From assembly GCA_965113315.1 (NCBI GenBank), contig OZ220370.1: DNA of 64,000 nucleotides; one strand, 5' to 3'. The stretch is from Podarcis vaucheri (Eukaryota). Positions 49,380 through 60,779 of this stretch are shown piece after piece. Both the position numbers and the translations under genes were made by a program. The first letter of the stretch is position 1. Each line of letters opens with the position of its first letter. The notes under the pieces are model-generated. The model made no database searches, was not told the DNA's origin, and saw only the letters and a list, made by a program, of their open reading frames with translations.

Positions 49380-51908
49380 ATGGGAGATGGCTACAGAAAA
49401 AAACAAGGTCTGTATGTTTTGCTTTTCCTTTGTCTTCCTGGAGCACTGAGTATTTCACTTCACTATTCTGTGCCAGAAGAAAAGAAAAGGGGGTCTTTGG
49501 TGGCTAATGTGCTGGAGGATTTGAAACTGAGAAAAGGGGAGCTGTCTGCTCGCAGAGCCCAGCTAGTTTCTAAGAACACTAAGCAATATTTCCACCTTGA
49601 TACTCACTCTGGGGATCTTTTAATAAATGATAAAATAGATAGAGAAGTTTTGTGTGACCAGACTGATCCTTGCTTGCTTCTCTCACAAATTGTGCTGGAA
49701 AACCCATTAGAGCTCTACAGTATTGTAGTCAAGATAGAAGATGTGAATGACAATGTTCCCAAATTCTCTACAAAGGAATTTGATCTGGAAATTCCCGAGA
49801 ATGTTCCCACAAATACACAATTCCCCATGGAATCTGCCCAAGATGAGGACCTAGGGAGAAATAACATTCAAAACTACACACTCAGTCCCAATGAACATTT
49901 CCGGCTTGATGTTAAAAGTGATGAGGATGGAACCAAGCATGTGGATCTTGTCCTGGAGAAACCTCTGGACAGGGAGAAGGACTCACACTTTGGACTGACT
50001 CTCACAGCTGTAGATGGAGGGGAGCCACAGAGAACAGGCACAGTTCAAATAAATATTCAAGTTATTGACAATAATGACAACTTTCCTCAGTTTACTCAAC
50101 CTGAATATAAAGCTAGGTTGAAAGAAAACAGCCAACAGGGAACTCTGGTCTCCAAGGTGGAAGCTACAGATTTGGATTTTGGTTCAAATGCACAGATCAC
50201 CTACTCATTCCACCGAGTGCCTGAAAAAATAAACAATTTGTTTCACTTAAATGAAATCACTGGGGAAATCAGAGTTTTAGGTCAAGTTGATTTTGAAAAA
50301 GAAACCAGGTATGACATGAAAATTAGAGCAACAGATGGAGGGGGTCTTTCAGGGCACTGCAAGGTCCTGGTAGATGTTGAAGACGTGAATGACAATGTCC
50401 CTGAAGTTTCAGTCATATCCATCACTGGCAGCATACAAGAAGATTCTCCTCTGGACACAGTGGTGGCCCTCTTTACTGTAACAGACCGAGACTCTGGAGA
50501 CAATGGCAGAACCATGTGCTCTGTGGAGACAAACCTTCCCTTTGCCTTAAAACGCACAATGGATAACTATTACCAGCTTGTGGTCCAAAGTCCCTTGGAC
50601 AGAGAGAAGGTCCCGGAATATAATATCACCATCACAGCCGTTGACCAGGGCTCCCCCAGGCTCACTTCAACTAGAATTATTGATGTTCAGATCTCAGATA
50701 TCAATGACAACCCTCCAGTATTTGAAAAGTCTTCATGTGAAATGCAGATTCGGGAAAACAATATTCCAGGACTGCTCATTGGCTCAGTCCATGCTGCTGA
50801 TCTGGACACTGAGAAGAATGCCAAGGTCACCTACTCCCTTTTGCCTGGGAAGGTCACTGATGGCCTTGTGGCCTCTTACATCTCAGTCAACTCTGAAAGC
50901 GGAAATCTGTATGCCCTCCGATCTCTGGATTACGAGCAGATCAAAGATTTCAAAGTGACGGTGAGGGCTACAGATGGAGGGTCTCCTCCCCTCAGCTCAG
51001 AAGTTACTGTCCGAGTCGTAATCCTAGATGAAAACGACAACGCTCCCTTCTTCCTCTACCCTCTTCAGAACAGCACATCCCCCTGCAATGAGCTGGTGCC
51101 CAAGTCAGTGGAGGCTGGCTACCTGGTCACCAAGGTGGTGGCTGTGGATGGAGATTCTGGCCAGAACTCGTGGCTTTCCTATGAGCTGCTGAAGGCCACA
51201 GACCCTGGTCTTTTCAGCCTAGGAGCCCAGAATGGGGAAGTGAGAACCAGGAGAGCCCTGAGCGAGCGAGACACCAGCAAGCAGAGACTCCTGATAGTGG
51301 TCAGGGACAACGGGCTCCCTCCCCAGAGCAGCACTGCCATGCTCCAGGTCCTTCCCGTGGGTGGCTTTTCGGATCCTTATATGAAGGCTGTGGAGGTCAG
51401 TAAAGAGGAGCACGAAGAAGATGGGACCTTGACCTTGTATTTGGTGATCTGCCTGGCTGCAGTCTCCTTTGTGTTCCTCGTTTGCATTGTTTCCTTTGCT
51501 GCCATCAAGATCTGCAGGAGGGATCCCAGGGAAAGTTTTATCGCTGCCCCTCCTCACTTCCCACCTGCCAGACCCGACATCCCAGAGAACGGTGGCGATT
51601 CTCAGAGTGGGTCTCTTTCCAGGAGTTACCACTACGATGTGTGCTTAACCGGTGGGTCCTTGAGCAGCGAGTTCAGATTCCTCAGGCCCCTCATTCCTGT
51701 TTATTCTGTGGGGGATCCAAACCTCAATGTGAACCAGACCCCTCCGTCTGCTTCCCAAGATATTCCTGACCAGGTGGGGAAAGAAGAATCAGAGAAAGAG
51801 GTGAGAAAGAAGCTTTTGGTTTGTTTGTTGGTTTTAAATATCACTCTCATTATACCAGAAATATCAAAACAGGTCACGATCACTTTGGGAATTCTTGTTG
51901 CTTGGTAA
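49380..51908 (+). CDS. PCDHB: Clustered protocadherin beta-like, gene 3, divergent subtype (probable donor after 51800)
   Basis: Six cadherin repeats, DNAPFFLYPLQN, LTLYLVICLAAVSFVF TM, GSLSRSYHYDVCLTGGSLSSEFRFLRP. Confidence 0.95.
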   Translation: MGDGYRKKQGLYVLLFLCLPGALSISLHYSVPEEKKRGSLVANVLEDLKLRKGELSARRAQLVSKNTKQYFHLDTHSGDLLINDKIDREVLCDQTDPCLLLSQIVLENPLELYSIVVKIEDVNDNVPKFSTKEFDLEIPENVPTNTQFPMESAQDEDLGRNNIQNYTLSPNEHFRLDVKSDEDGTKHVDLVLEKPLDREKDSHFGLTLTAVDGGEPQRTGTVQINIQVIDNNDNFPQFTQPEYKARLKENSQQGTLVSKVEATDLDFGSNAQITYSFHRVPEKINNLFHLNEITGEIRVLGQVDFEKETRYDMKIRATDGGGLSGHCKVLVDVEDVNDNVPEVSVISITGSIQEDSPLDTVVALFTVTDRDSGDNGRTMCSVETNLPFALKRTMDNYYQLVVQSPLDREKVPEYNITITAVDQGSPRLTSTRIIDVQISDINDNPPVFEKSSCEMQIRENNIPGLLIGSVHAADLDTEKNAKVTYSLLPGKVTDGLVASYISVNSESGNLYALRSLDYEQIKDFKVTVRATDGGSPPLSSEVTVRVVILDENDNAPFFLYPLQNSTSPCNELVPKSVEAGYLVTKVVAVDGDSGQNSWLSYELLKATDPGLFSLGAQNGEVRTRRALSERDTSKQRLLIVVRDNGLPPQSSTAMLQVLPVGGFSDPYMKAVEVSKEEHEEDGTLTLYLVICLAAVSFVFLVCIVSFAAIKICRRDPRESFIAAPPHFPPARPDIPENGGDSQSGSLSRSYHYDVCLTGGSLSSEFRFLRPLIPVYSVGDPNLNVNQTPPSASQDIPDQVGKEESEKEVRKKLLVCLLVLNITLIIPEISKQVTITLGILVAW

Positions 51909-53824
51909 TCTATCACATCTGATATTTGTTTCTGTCTCCTTATACTGCTCTATATTGGTTACCTATACAGTGACTACAAAAAGAGGCTCAGTTTTCTCCT
52001 GGACTGCTTATTCCATATCTACTTTCTGCACCTCTGTCCTACTGCTCCTTTGTTGTCTCAGTTTCTTTCCCTGTTCTGTGGCATTCTTTGCTAACAGGAG
52101 AGCCCTGCTGTCTCCAAGTTCAATGTGAGGTGGTTCTGCCCACTGTCCCTTTCATTCTTCATCTCGATTTCCCATTGTCCCTTTTCTTCTTCCATCTATC
52201 ATTTACTCAAACCCCTTTCCTCCAAGCCCATTTATATCTCCATCTTGATTCATTTCTGAGGTCCTGTCTGTTAGCTCCTTCACTGTGGGTCTCTGCACTA
52301 AAACTGGCTTGAGAGTCAGACTTCATGCAGAATCATAATTGTTGCATGTACACCGGCGTGTCACTCTCTCATAGAAGAAATTAATAAAGCATGGGCGATG
52401 TTGATGTGTATGTCTTTAAATGCTTATATGCATTTATTTACTTTTTTTGACCTGCTGTTCAGCTTGAAAGGCACCAAGAGTGACTTGTATGTAATCAGTA
52501 CCCAAAACACAAAGGAGAGGGAAGTGAGGAGAAAGCAAACACAGGCATTAGTTTGAAAGACCACAACATTCTTTTAATGACCAGCTTGGGGGAGAGGAAA
52601 AAGGAGCCACATGGAGTTTGTGGAGTATTTTGGCTTTCTTCCTCTCCCGCAACCGCAGCCTGAAGGAGCAGTGTTCCCACATACATGTTAACAGGTGTTT
52701 TTAAATCCAGGTATGTTATCTACATATTTTCTGCAGCAGTTACCGGTATTTCTGCTGCACATGTTTACTGTTTCTTGAAGAAATATGCTGTCCTATATTT
52801 TTCTGATTTTGGTAGTTCCGCCAGTCCTTACAACCAATGTGTGAGTTTCCTGTTATTCTCTATCTAAAATGACATTTGGGCACAGCACCCCCCACCAGAT
52901 TAGTCATCAAAGCAAATGGCAGTTTATTGACTCAATAAGCAACCTTGTGAGCAGCAGATAATCTCTCAAGGTAAAATTTCCTTTCCCTTGCCTTGCTCTG
53001 CATCTGTATTTCAGCAGTGGCCAGACTCTTATTGAAATACTGCAGGACTAAATCCACATAGATGGTAATATTGCAGACGACCAACAGCTATCTGTTTCTA
53101 CACCTTTTATATTACTTTGCTTCTTGAAGATAGCATTTATTGGTTGTTTCATTGCTGGGGCTCATCTGGACATCTGGGGACTTAAGGAAAGAAGTATCGC
53201 TTCACAGGGCCATTCACATATTCACTAGAAGCTTTCACGACAACGTTTACTTTCTCAGGCTTAGACAGTAATCCTTAGGGGAGCCTTTTTCACATCAAGG
53301 ACTATATTTCCTTCTGGACCACCTTCCAAGAGCCACATGGCAGTGTTGGGAAGGGCCAGAAGCAAAAGTGGGTGGAGCAATAAATGTAAATTCTACCTTC
53401 CTCAAGTAGGCTAGCTTCTAAACACACTGAGACATTCCTCAACCCATGTAAGCAAGTGTCAAGATCAGGGTTCACAGGCTCACTCCAGTCAAGCAAAAGG
53501 ACTTGAGTAACAAAGTGTGGCGTGGGGAGAGGGGTGTGGTCAGACAGAGGGGCTTGGAGGGCTGCATTTGGTACCTGTGTCCGAGGTTCCCCAAACCTCT
53601 GCTAGATAATAAGACTGGCCTCCATTGGAGAAGGAAACAAGAAATAAACTGCCTCCCTCTTTTCTTGGTGCAGCCTTCTTTTGGTTATGTTAGCATAAAA
53701 GTTCTCATTAGCAGCTGATAGGAAAACTGTATTCCAGATGGTTTCTATTGTGCTAATAATCCTCTGCTTGCAACTTAACTTGGCATATGCTGGAAAGCAT
53801 CTAGCATCATATGGAACACTCTCA

Positions 53825-53996
53825 GGATGGATATACACTGATCTGAGAAAATGCAAAAAAAAAAAAACCAACACAATGTAATATAGCTCTCAGCTCAGTT
53901 TCCCATTAATGATGGATTGCTGCTCTACAATGCCCTCTGGTGTCACATTTGTATAACGAATTTTTGACGTTATAACTGACCAGTGTAGATTAGTCC
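53825..53996 (-). mobile_element. PIF/Harbinger-like MITE carrying a CTCF-like motif
   Basis: Ends ggatggatatacactg / cagtgtagattagtcc, 3-bp TSD tca; core is the reverse complement of 25063-25090. Confidence 0.65.
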
Positions 53997-54015
53997 TCAG
54001 TCTACATATTGTTTT

Positions 54016-54273
54016 GTTATTTTTTGCTCTATAAGACGCACCAGACCACAAGACGCACCTAGTTTTTGGAGGAGGAAAACAAGAAAAAAAATATTCTGAA
54101 TCCCAGAAGCCAGAACAGCAAGAGGGATCGCTGCACAGTAAAAGCAGCAATCCCTCTTGCTGTTCTGGCTTCTGGGATAGCTGCGCAGCCTGCATTCGCT
54201 CCATAAGACGCACACACACTTCCCCTTACTTTTTAGGAGGGAAAAAGTGAGTCTTATAGAGCAAAAAATACGG
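54016..54273. mobile_element. pogo/Tigger-like MITE
   Basis: Inverted ends tattttttgctctataagac / gtcttatagagcaaaaaatacgg-ta; internal palindrome gccagaacagcaagagggat / atccctcttgctgttctggc. Confidence 0.8.
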
Positions 54274-54499
54274 TATCTTAAAGTGGGCAACAATAAATCA
54301 GCAAAAATATGATTAAACGTGACTGCACTTAAAGTACACTATACCAAAACCAACAGCAAAAGAAACTGGAGGAAAGCATTATGGATTTATTTAGACAACA
54401 CAGCTGAAGGTCAAAACAAAACAAAAAGAAATAATTCAATTTGAATGGCATGGGGGGAGGGTGTTCCAGAGGGTCAGTGCCACTGTGGAGAAGGCTCAT

Positions 54500-56200
54500 T
54501 TCTGCAATATTGCAAGGCAGCAATGCAATGGCCATGGATTAGAAGAATAACAACCTAGAAACAAACCAGTAACCAGTACAGTTCATTAAGAGCAGGGAAG
54601 ACATGTATAATAAATGGAAGGACGGGTAACCAAGGATGAACACAGTCAAGTAGCTCTGAATTCTATGGGCAGTTGTCAGGAAAGCTAATGTTACGAAGGA
54701 GCTGAGGCTGGTGAGGAAGAAAAGGGGCTTTTTCAGGTAAGGATGGTGAAATGGTAACAGACGTCAAAAAGAAGGCAGAACTGCTCATCTCCTGTTTTGT
54801 ATTTATCTTCTCCCAAAGGGGAACTGTGTCCAACCCTACATAAGCAGCAGGACTGATGTCTGGGGTGCAGGACTGCAGTTCAAGATAGATTAGTAGTTGG
54901 TCAAGGATGACCTAGTTGTGTTAAATTAGTTCAAGTCTTCAGGGACAGATGAATTGCTGATAATTTTTCAGAAACCCTCTATCAACAGTGAGAAATTTTA
55001 GAGAGCAGGCGAGTTGTTACAGGCCTGGAGACAGGCAAATGTCACTCCAGTCTTAAAAAAAAAAAGGGGGGGGAATCTGGGAAATTTGAGTCTATTCCAT
55101 CTGACTTTGAGTCTAAGGAAAATATTAGAAGATTACAAAGAAGTCATTTTGTAAGCATATTGAAAACAATGCAGTGATTAGTAGAAGAGAACATGGATTT
55201 GTTAAAAATAAATCCTGCCAGACTAATCTTATATCCATTTTTTGTGGATGCTCTGGATGCAATTTGTCTTGACTTCAGAAAAAAATTTAACAAAGTCCAT
55301 GATCTTTTGGTTAGCAGGTTACATATATGCAAACTAGATGATCTGGTGGATTCATAGCTGGTTGGAAAACTGTAATCAAAGAGTGCTCATCAGTATTTCC
55401 GCATCAAATAAAAGTGTGGTTTTGAGTGGGGGGGGGCAGCAGGGCTCTCTCCTGGGCCAGATACTCTACACCGTGATATGATATGAATATATTTTATTGA
55501 AAAGGTTTCAGTTATAAAGAAATAAAGTGATACAAAGAAAAATAGAAGAAAAGGAAAAAAAAACAGGCACAAAAATGTGTAGAAAATATATATGAATATA
55601 TACAATATACGGAAAATACCCTAACCCATACATTCTTTTATCAATTTGATGTGATTATTTGAATACATATGTATATATTAATAGTCTACTGCATTTTGTA
55701 TAAACTCATTCCAAATATTGCCATATTTATCCAAACAAACCGTTATATGAAAATTATATGAACAGATGGAAGGAATCCTTACCAGATTTGCAGATGGCAC
55801 AAAATTAAGAAGGGTAGTTAACACCTCTTAAGACAGGAATAAAATTCAAAATAGCCATGATAGGCAAACAAAAACAAAAAACACACAAACAAAATAGGCA
55901 ATGAATAAATAAATAAAATGCATCTGGAGGATATCTAGTTTTGCAATTTTGTACATGTGGAAAGACTCACATTCATGAAATTCATCACAAGCAGAACCAT
56001 GAGTCAGCAGGACTCTCCTCCCAGACAAAAAAGTGGCAATTATTTCCAACTAATGGGAAGTAATAGTTCCAGGGTTTTTTTTACTGCACTAGTTAGATCT
56101 CACTTGGACTACTATGTCCAGTTTTGGACACCACACTTTAAGAATAACATAGATAGCCCCCAAGAATTCTGGCAGCAGGTGGGGGACTATCTTGTTGGAT
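54500..56200 (+). mobile_element. Old CR1 LINE ORF2 remnant with an AT-rich insert at about 55490-55750
   Basis: Broken motifs ANVTPV.KK, HGFVKNKSCQTNLI, LDF.K.F.KV, FADGTKL and LVRSHLDYYVQFW. Confidence 0.85.
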
Positions 56201-56439
56201 CTATTTGTTGCAGATACTTTAGCTGTACATCTCCTGTACAAAGAAGGGCTTATACCAGATGATCTACAAGGATCCATCCATCTCTGTGGTGCACAGTTCT
56301 GTGATACTATGTACACAGTTCCCATTCTGAAGTTTTCCTACTCAGTAGGGTGTCTCATGTTTCTTGTTTAGCTTGAATGAATAAGTCAGTGAGACATAGA
56401 ATAATAGAATTGAAGACTTGGATGGGATCCAACTCTTTC

Positions 56440-57800
56440 CCCAGTAATAACCAGCTGTACAAATATAAGATGGGCGATACATGGCTTACATGTGAAAAGG
56501 ATCCAGGGGTCTTAGTGGACCACAAGCTTAACATTATGTGTGAAGCAGCAACAAAAAAATAAGAATAAAAGCTAATGCTATTCTAGGCTGCATCAACAGA
56601 AGTATAATGTCCAGATCAAGGGAAGTAATAGTACAACTCTATTCTGACTTGTTCAGACCACACTTGGAATACTGTGTCCTGTTCTGGGTGTCACAATTTA
56701 AGAAGGATGTTGACAAGCTGGAATGTGTGCAGAGGAGGCCAAGCAGTGTGATAAAAGTTCTGGAAACCAAGCTTTATGAGGAATGGTTGAAGGAGCTGGG
56801 TATGTTTAGCCTGGAGAAGAGGAGACTGAGAGAAGATGACAGTGTGACGCGGCAGCTAAAAAAGCCAATGCAATTCTGGGCTGCATCAATAGGAGTATAG
56901 CATCTAGATCAAGGGAAGTAATAGTGGCATTGTATTCTGCTCTGGTCAGACCTCACCTGGAGTACTGTGTCCAGTTCTGGGCACCACAGTTCAAGAAGGA
57001 CACTGACAATCTGGAACGTGTCCAGAGGAGGGCAACCAAAATGGTCAAAGGCCTGGAAACGATGCCTTATGAGGAACAGCTAAGAGAGCTGGGCATGTTT
57101 AGCCTGGAGAAGAGGAGGTTAAGGGGTGATATGATAGCCATGTTCAAATATATAAAAGGATGTCATATAGAGGAGGGAGAAAGGTTGTTTTCTGCTGCTC
57201 CAGAGAAGCGGACATGGAGCAATGGATCCAAACTACAAGAAAGAAGATTCCACCTAAACATTAGGAAGAACTTCCTGACAGTAAGAGCTGTTCGACAGTG
57301 GAATTTGCTGCCCAGGAGTGTGGTGGAGTCTCCTTCTTTGGAGGTCTTTAAGCAGAGGCTTGACAACCATATGTCAGGAGTGCTCTGATGGTGTTTCCTG
57401 CTTGGCAGGAGGTTGGACTCGATGGCCCTTGTGGTCTCTTCCAACTCTATGATTCTATGATTCTATGACTGATAGGTGATAGCCATCTTCAAATATCTTA
57501 AGGGCTCTTACATGGAAGATGGAGCATACATTCCAGAGGGTAGGACCTGAACTGATGGCATCAAGTCACAAGAAAGGAGAGTCCAACGAAACATCAGGAA
57601 GAACTTTCTGACAGAGCTGTTCAACAGTCAGACTCCCTCAAGAGGCTGTGAGTTCTACCTTCCTGGGAGGTTTTTAAGCGCAGGGTGGGTGGCCATCTGT
57701 CATGGATGCTTTAGTTGAGATTCCTGCATTGTGAAGGTGGGAATAGATGACCCTTGGTGTTGCCTCCAACTCAACAATTCTATGATTCCATGATTCTATC
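56440..57800 (+). mobile_element. CR1 3' part interrupted by a younger CR1
   Basis: [11 protein letters not shown]...[12 protein letters not shown] to about 56835, resuming at about 57470 (atagccatcttcaaatat) through the tail at about 57800. Confidence 0.85.
56836..57468 (+). mobile_element. Young 5'-truncated CR1 LINE
   Basis: Intact 154-aa ORF2 C-terminus ([19 protein letters not shown]...WNLLPR) and perfect (ATTCTATG)n tail. Confidence 0.95.
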
Positions 57801-57976
57801 CCAAGGGTCAACTAGCCCAACCCCCTCCTGGGTGCAGGAAATATACATCTAAAGTGATATATAAAATACAGGTTATGAGAATACACCTTATGAAATATTA
57901 TAAACATTGCTATAGAAGATTATATTAATGCTGTTTGGAAAGTCACAAAGTCTATGGGAATCATATCATAGCTTGA

Positions 57977-57991
57977 GCACAAGGTGGTGCT
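57977..57991 (+). promoter_or_regulatory. Pcdh promoter CSE / forward CTCF motif (gene 4)
   Basis: gcacaaggtggtgct about 270 bp upstream of the ATG. Confidence 0.8.
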
Positions 57992-58259
57992 ATTACACAA
58001 CACAGAACAAATAATCAAGGAGCAGCAATTGCTGTCTGAAGTCTGTAACCACCAGACAAAGGAATCTCAGCGAGAAAGGAAGCAGATCACCATTACAAGC
58101 AAATCTATAGAAATTTCATGTGGAAATAGGCACCATATCCATTTCTAGATTTAAAAATACGAAGGTTTACCTTGCAAACTTACAATGGACAATCAACTTT
58201 GGCAGTTGTCTTAGAAAGAATCATCACGCGTTTCAGATCTGAGAGAAGAGGCTGCGAAT

Positions 58260-60779
58260 ATGGAAATAAATCACAACAGCAGGCAAGTTGTGTCTTTTTT
58301 TCTATATCTCTGTGCATGTGTGGCAATGTGTGAGTCCTTTCGCTATTCAGTGGTGGAGGAAAAGAAAAGTGGGTCTCTGGTAGCGAATGTGCTGAAGGAT
58401 TTGAAAGTGGATGCAAAGGAGCTGTCTGCTCGGAGAGCCCGGCTGGTTTCTAAGAGCTCCAAGCAGTATTTCCAGCTGGATCCTCATTCTGGGGATTTGA
58501 TATTAAAGGACAAAATAGATCGAGAATCCCTGTGTGGTCAGAATGATCCTTGTCTTCTATACTCCGAAATCTTGCTGGAAAACCCATGGCAGCTGCGTAG
58601 AATTGAAGTTCAGATAGAGGATGTGAATGATAATTCCCCAACATTTTCCACAAATCAAATCCTATTTCAAATATCAGAGCACATTCCAACAAATACACGA
58701 TTCCCTTTGGAAACAGCTCAGGATTCAGACCAAGGAGAAAATGCTATCCAGAGCTACACCCTTAGTCCTAATGAACATTTTAGGCTGGATGTGCAAAGAC
58801 AAACTGATGGTACCAACTATGCAGAACTGGTGTTAGAGAAACCGCTTGACCGTGAGGAGAATCCACAGATTTCCCTTATTCTGTCAGCAGTTGATGGAGG
58901 GACCCCAAAAAGAACTGGAACAGTGCAAATTATTATTGATGTTCTGGATGCCAATGACAATGTGCCTCAGTTTGACCAATCTGTGTACAAAGTGACACTA
59001 ATGGAAAACAGCCCATTGGATACACTGGTCACAAGAGTTGAAGCCAATGACAAGGATATCGGTGCCAATGGTCTCATCACTTACACTTTCAGCCAAGTGC
59101 CAGAAAAGGTGCTGAGATTGTTCAAGTTAAATAAACACAATGGAGAACTTATTCTCAAAGGAACACTTGATTATGAGGAAATTAGTAAGTATGAGATGCA
59201 CATCAAAGCCACAGATGGAGGGGGACTTTCTGCTTACTGCAAAGTCATTGTAGAGATTGAGGATGAGAATGACAATGCTCCAGAGATTACCATCACATCC
59301 ATCACCAGTCCTTTACCTGAGGACTCTCCCCCAGACACAGTGGTGGCCCTCTTTAGTGTCACAGACATGGACTCTGGAGACAGTGGTAGAATTGCCTGCA
59401 CCACTGAAGTCAACCTGCCATTTGTGCTCAAACCCACCGAGAACAACTATTACCGGCTGGTGACCCAACAGCCACTGGACAGAGAACAAGCCTCTGAGTA
59501 TAACATCACCATCACAGCCACAGACAGGGGCTCTCCCAGACTCACTTCCACAAGAATACTTCATGTTGAAGTGTCAGATGTCAATGACAACCCTCCAGTC
59601 TTTGAAAAGCCATTCTATGAAATGAAATTAAGGGAAAACAATATTCCTGGTCTTCTGATCAATTCAGTCCATGCTGTTGATCTGGACACAGCGCAGAATG
59701 CCAAAGTGACCTACTCGCTTTTGCCTGGGAAGGTCAATGATGGCCCCACATCCTCTTACATCTCCATCAACTCTGAAACGGGGAACCTGTATGCCATCCG
59801 GTCTCTGGATTATGAGGAAGTAAAAGATTTCCAGGTGACGGTGAGGGCTGTGGATTCAGGTTCCCCTCCACTGAGCTCAGAAGTTCCCATCCGCGTTCAG
59901 GTCGTGGATGAAAATGACAATGCCCCCTTCATCCTCTACCCTCTCCAGAATGGCACTTCCCCCTCGAATGACCTGGTTCCCCGAGGGGCAGAGACTGGCT
60001 ACCTGCTCACCAAGGTGGTGGCTGTGGACAGGGATTCTGCGCAGAACTCTTGGCTTTCCTACCAGCTGCTGAAGGCCACAGAACCGGGTCTGTTCACGGT
60101 GGGGGCCCAGAATGGAGAAGTGACCACCCTGAGGCCAGTCAGCAACCGAGACAGCTTCAAGCAGAATCTGATTGTGGTGGTCCGAGACAACGGCCATCCT
60201 CCCCAGTCCACCTCTGCCACGCTCAGAATCCTCCTAGTGGACGGCTTCTCTGACCCTTATCTGAAAAGTGTGGCTCTCCCAAAGGAGGAAACAGCGGAGG
60301 AGGAAGACCCCAGCCTGACGATGTATTTGATCATCTGCTTGGCTGCCATCTCAAGCATCTTTCTCATTTCTGTAGTGGCGTTTGTGGTAATCAAGTTGCA
60401 GAAACGTGAAAAGTTCACAGGAACCTACAACTCTGGAGCCAATTTCCCGGTGGGACCTGATTCCCAGGAGATCTCTGCGGATTCTGGTGCTGGATCTCTA
60501 TCCCAGGCTTACAACTATGAGGTGTGCTTAGCTGGTGGGTCTCTGAACAGCGAGTTCAGGTTTCTCAGGCCCCTGTTTCCTGTTTTCTCTGTGGAGCCTC
60601 CTAACACTCAGCTGAATCCAAGGAGTTCCAATGATTCTGAAGGTGTCCCAAGTCATGCAGGTGAAAGTCAACATATCCTCCAGGTGAGAGTACCATTTGA
60701 ATCCCTTTTGTATGGTTTCATTTCAAACTGTATCTGCTACTTTCTTGATGAATATTATCCTTTGTTTCTTCCAGAATAA
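58260..60779 (+). CDS. PCDHB: Clustered protocadherin beta-like, gene 4 (probable donor after 60683)
   Basis: Same architecture; EC4 to cytoplasmic part nearly identical to genes 1 and 2. Confidence 0.95.
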   Translation: MEINHNSRQVVSFFLYLCACVAMCESFRYSVVEEKKSGSLVANVLKDLKVDAKELSARRARLVSKSSKQYFQLDPHSGDLILKDKIDRESLCGQNDPCLLYSEILLENPWQLRRIEVQIEDVNDNSPTFSTNQILFQISEHIPTNTRFPLETAQDSDQGENAIQSYTLSPNEHFRLDVQRQTDGTNYAELVLEKPLDREENPQISLILSAVDGGTPKRTGTVQIIIDVLDANDNVPQFDQSVYKVTLMENSPLDTLVTRVEANDKDIGANGLITYTFSQVPEKVLRLFKLNKHNGELILKGTLDYEEISKYEMHIKATDGGGLSAYCKVIVEIEDENDNAPEITITSITSPLPEDSPPDTVVALFSVTDMDSGDSGRIACTTEVNLPFVLKPTENNYYRLVTQQPLDREQASEYNITITATDRGSPRLTSTRILHVEVSDVNDNPPVFEKPFYEMKLRENNIPGLLINSVHAVDLDTAQNAKVTYSLLPGKVNDGPTSSYISINSETGNLYAIRSLDYEEVKDFQVTVRAVDSGSPPLSSEVPIRVQVVDENDNAPFILYPLQNGTSPSNDLVPRGAETGYLLTKVVAVDRDSAQNSWLSYQLLKATEPGLFTVGAQNGEVTTLRPVSNRDSFKQNLIVVVRDNGHPPQSTSATLRILLVDGFSDPYLKSVALPKEETAEEEDPSLTMYLIICLAAISSIFLISVVAFVVIKLQKREKFTGTYNSGANFPVGPDSQEISADSGAGSLSQAYNYEVCLAGGSLNSEFRFLRPLFPVFSVEPPNTQLNPRSSNDSEGVPSHAGESQHILQVRVPFESLLYGFISNCICYFLDEYYPLFLPE

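Noticed and set aside
51801-51908. Hydrophobic C-terminal tail of gene 3 as a second TM segment
   Set aside because: It lies after the splice donor and derives from T-rich intron-like sequence; not shared by paralogs.
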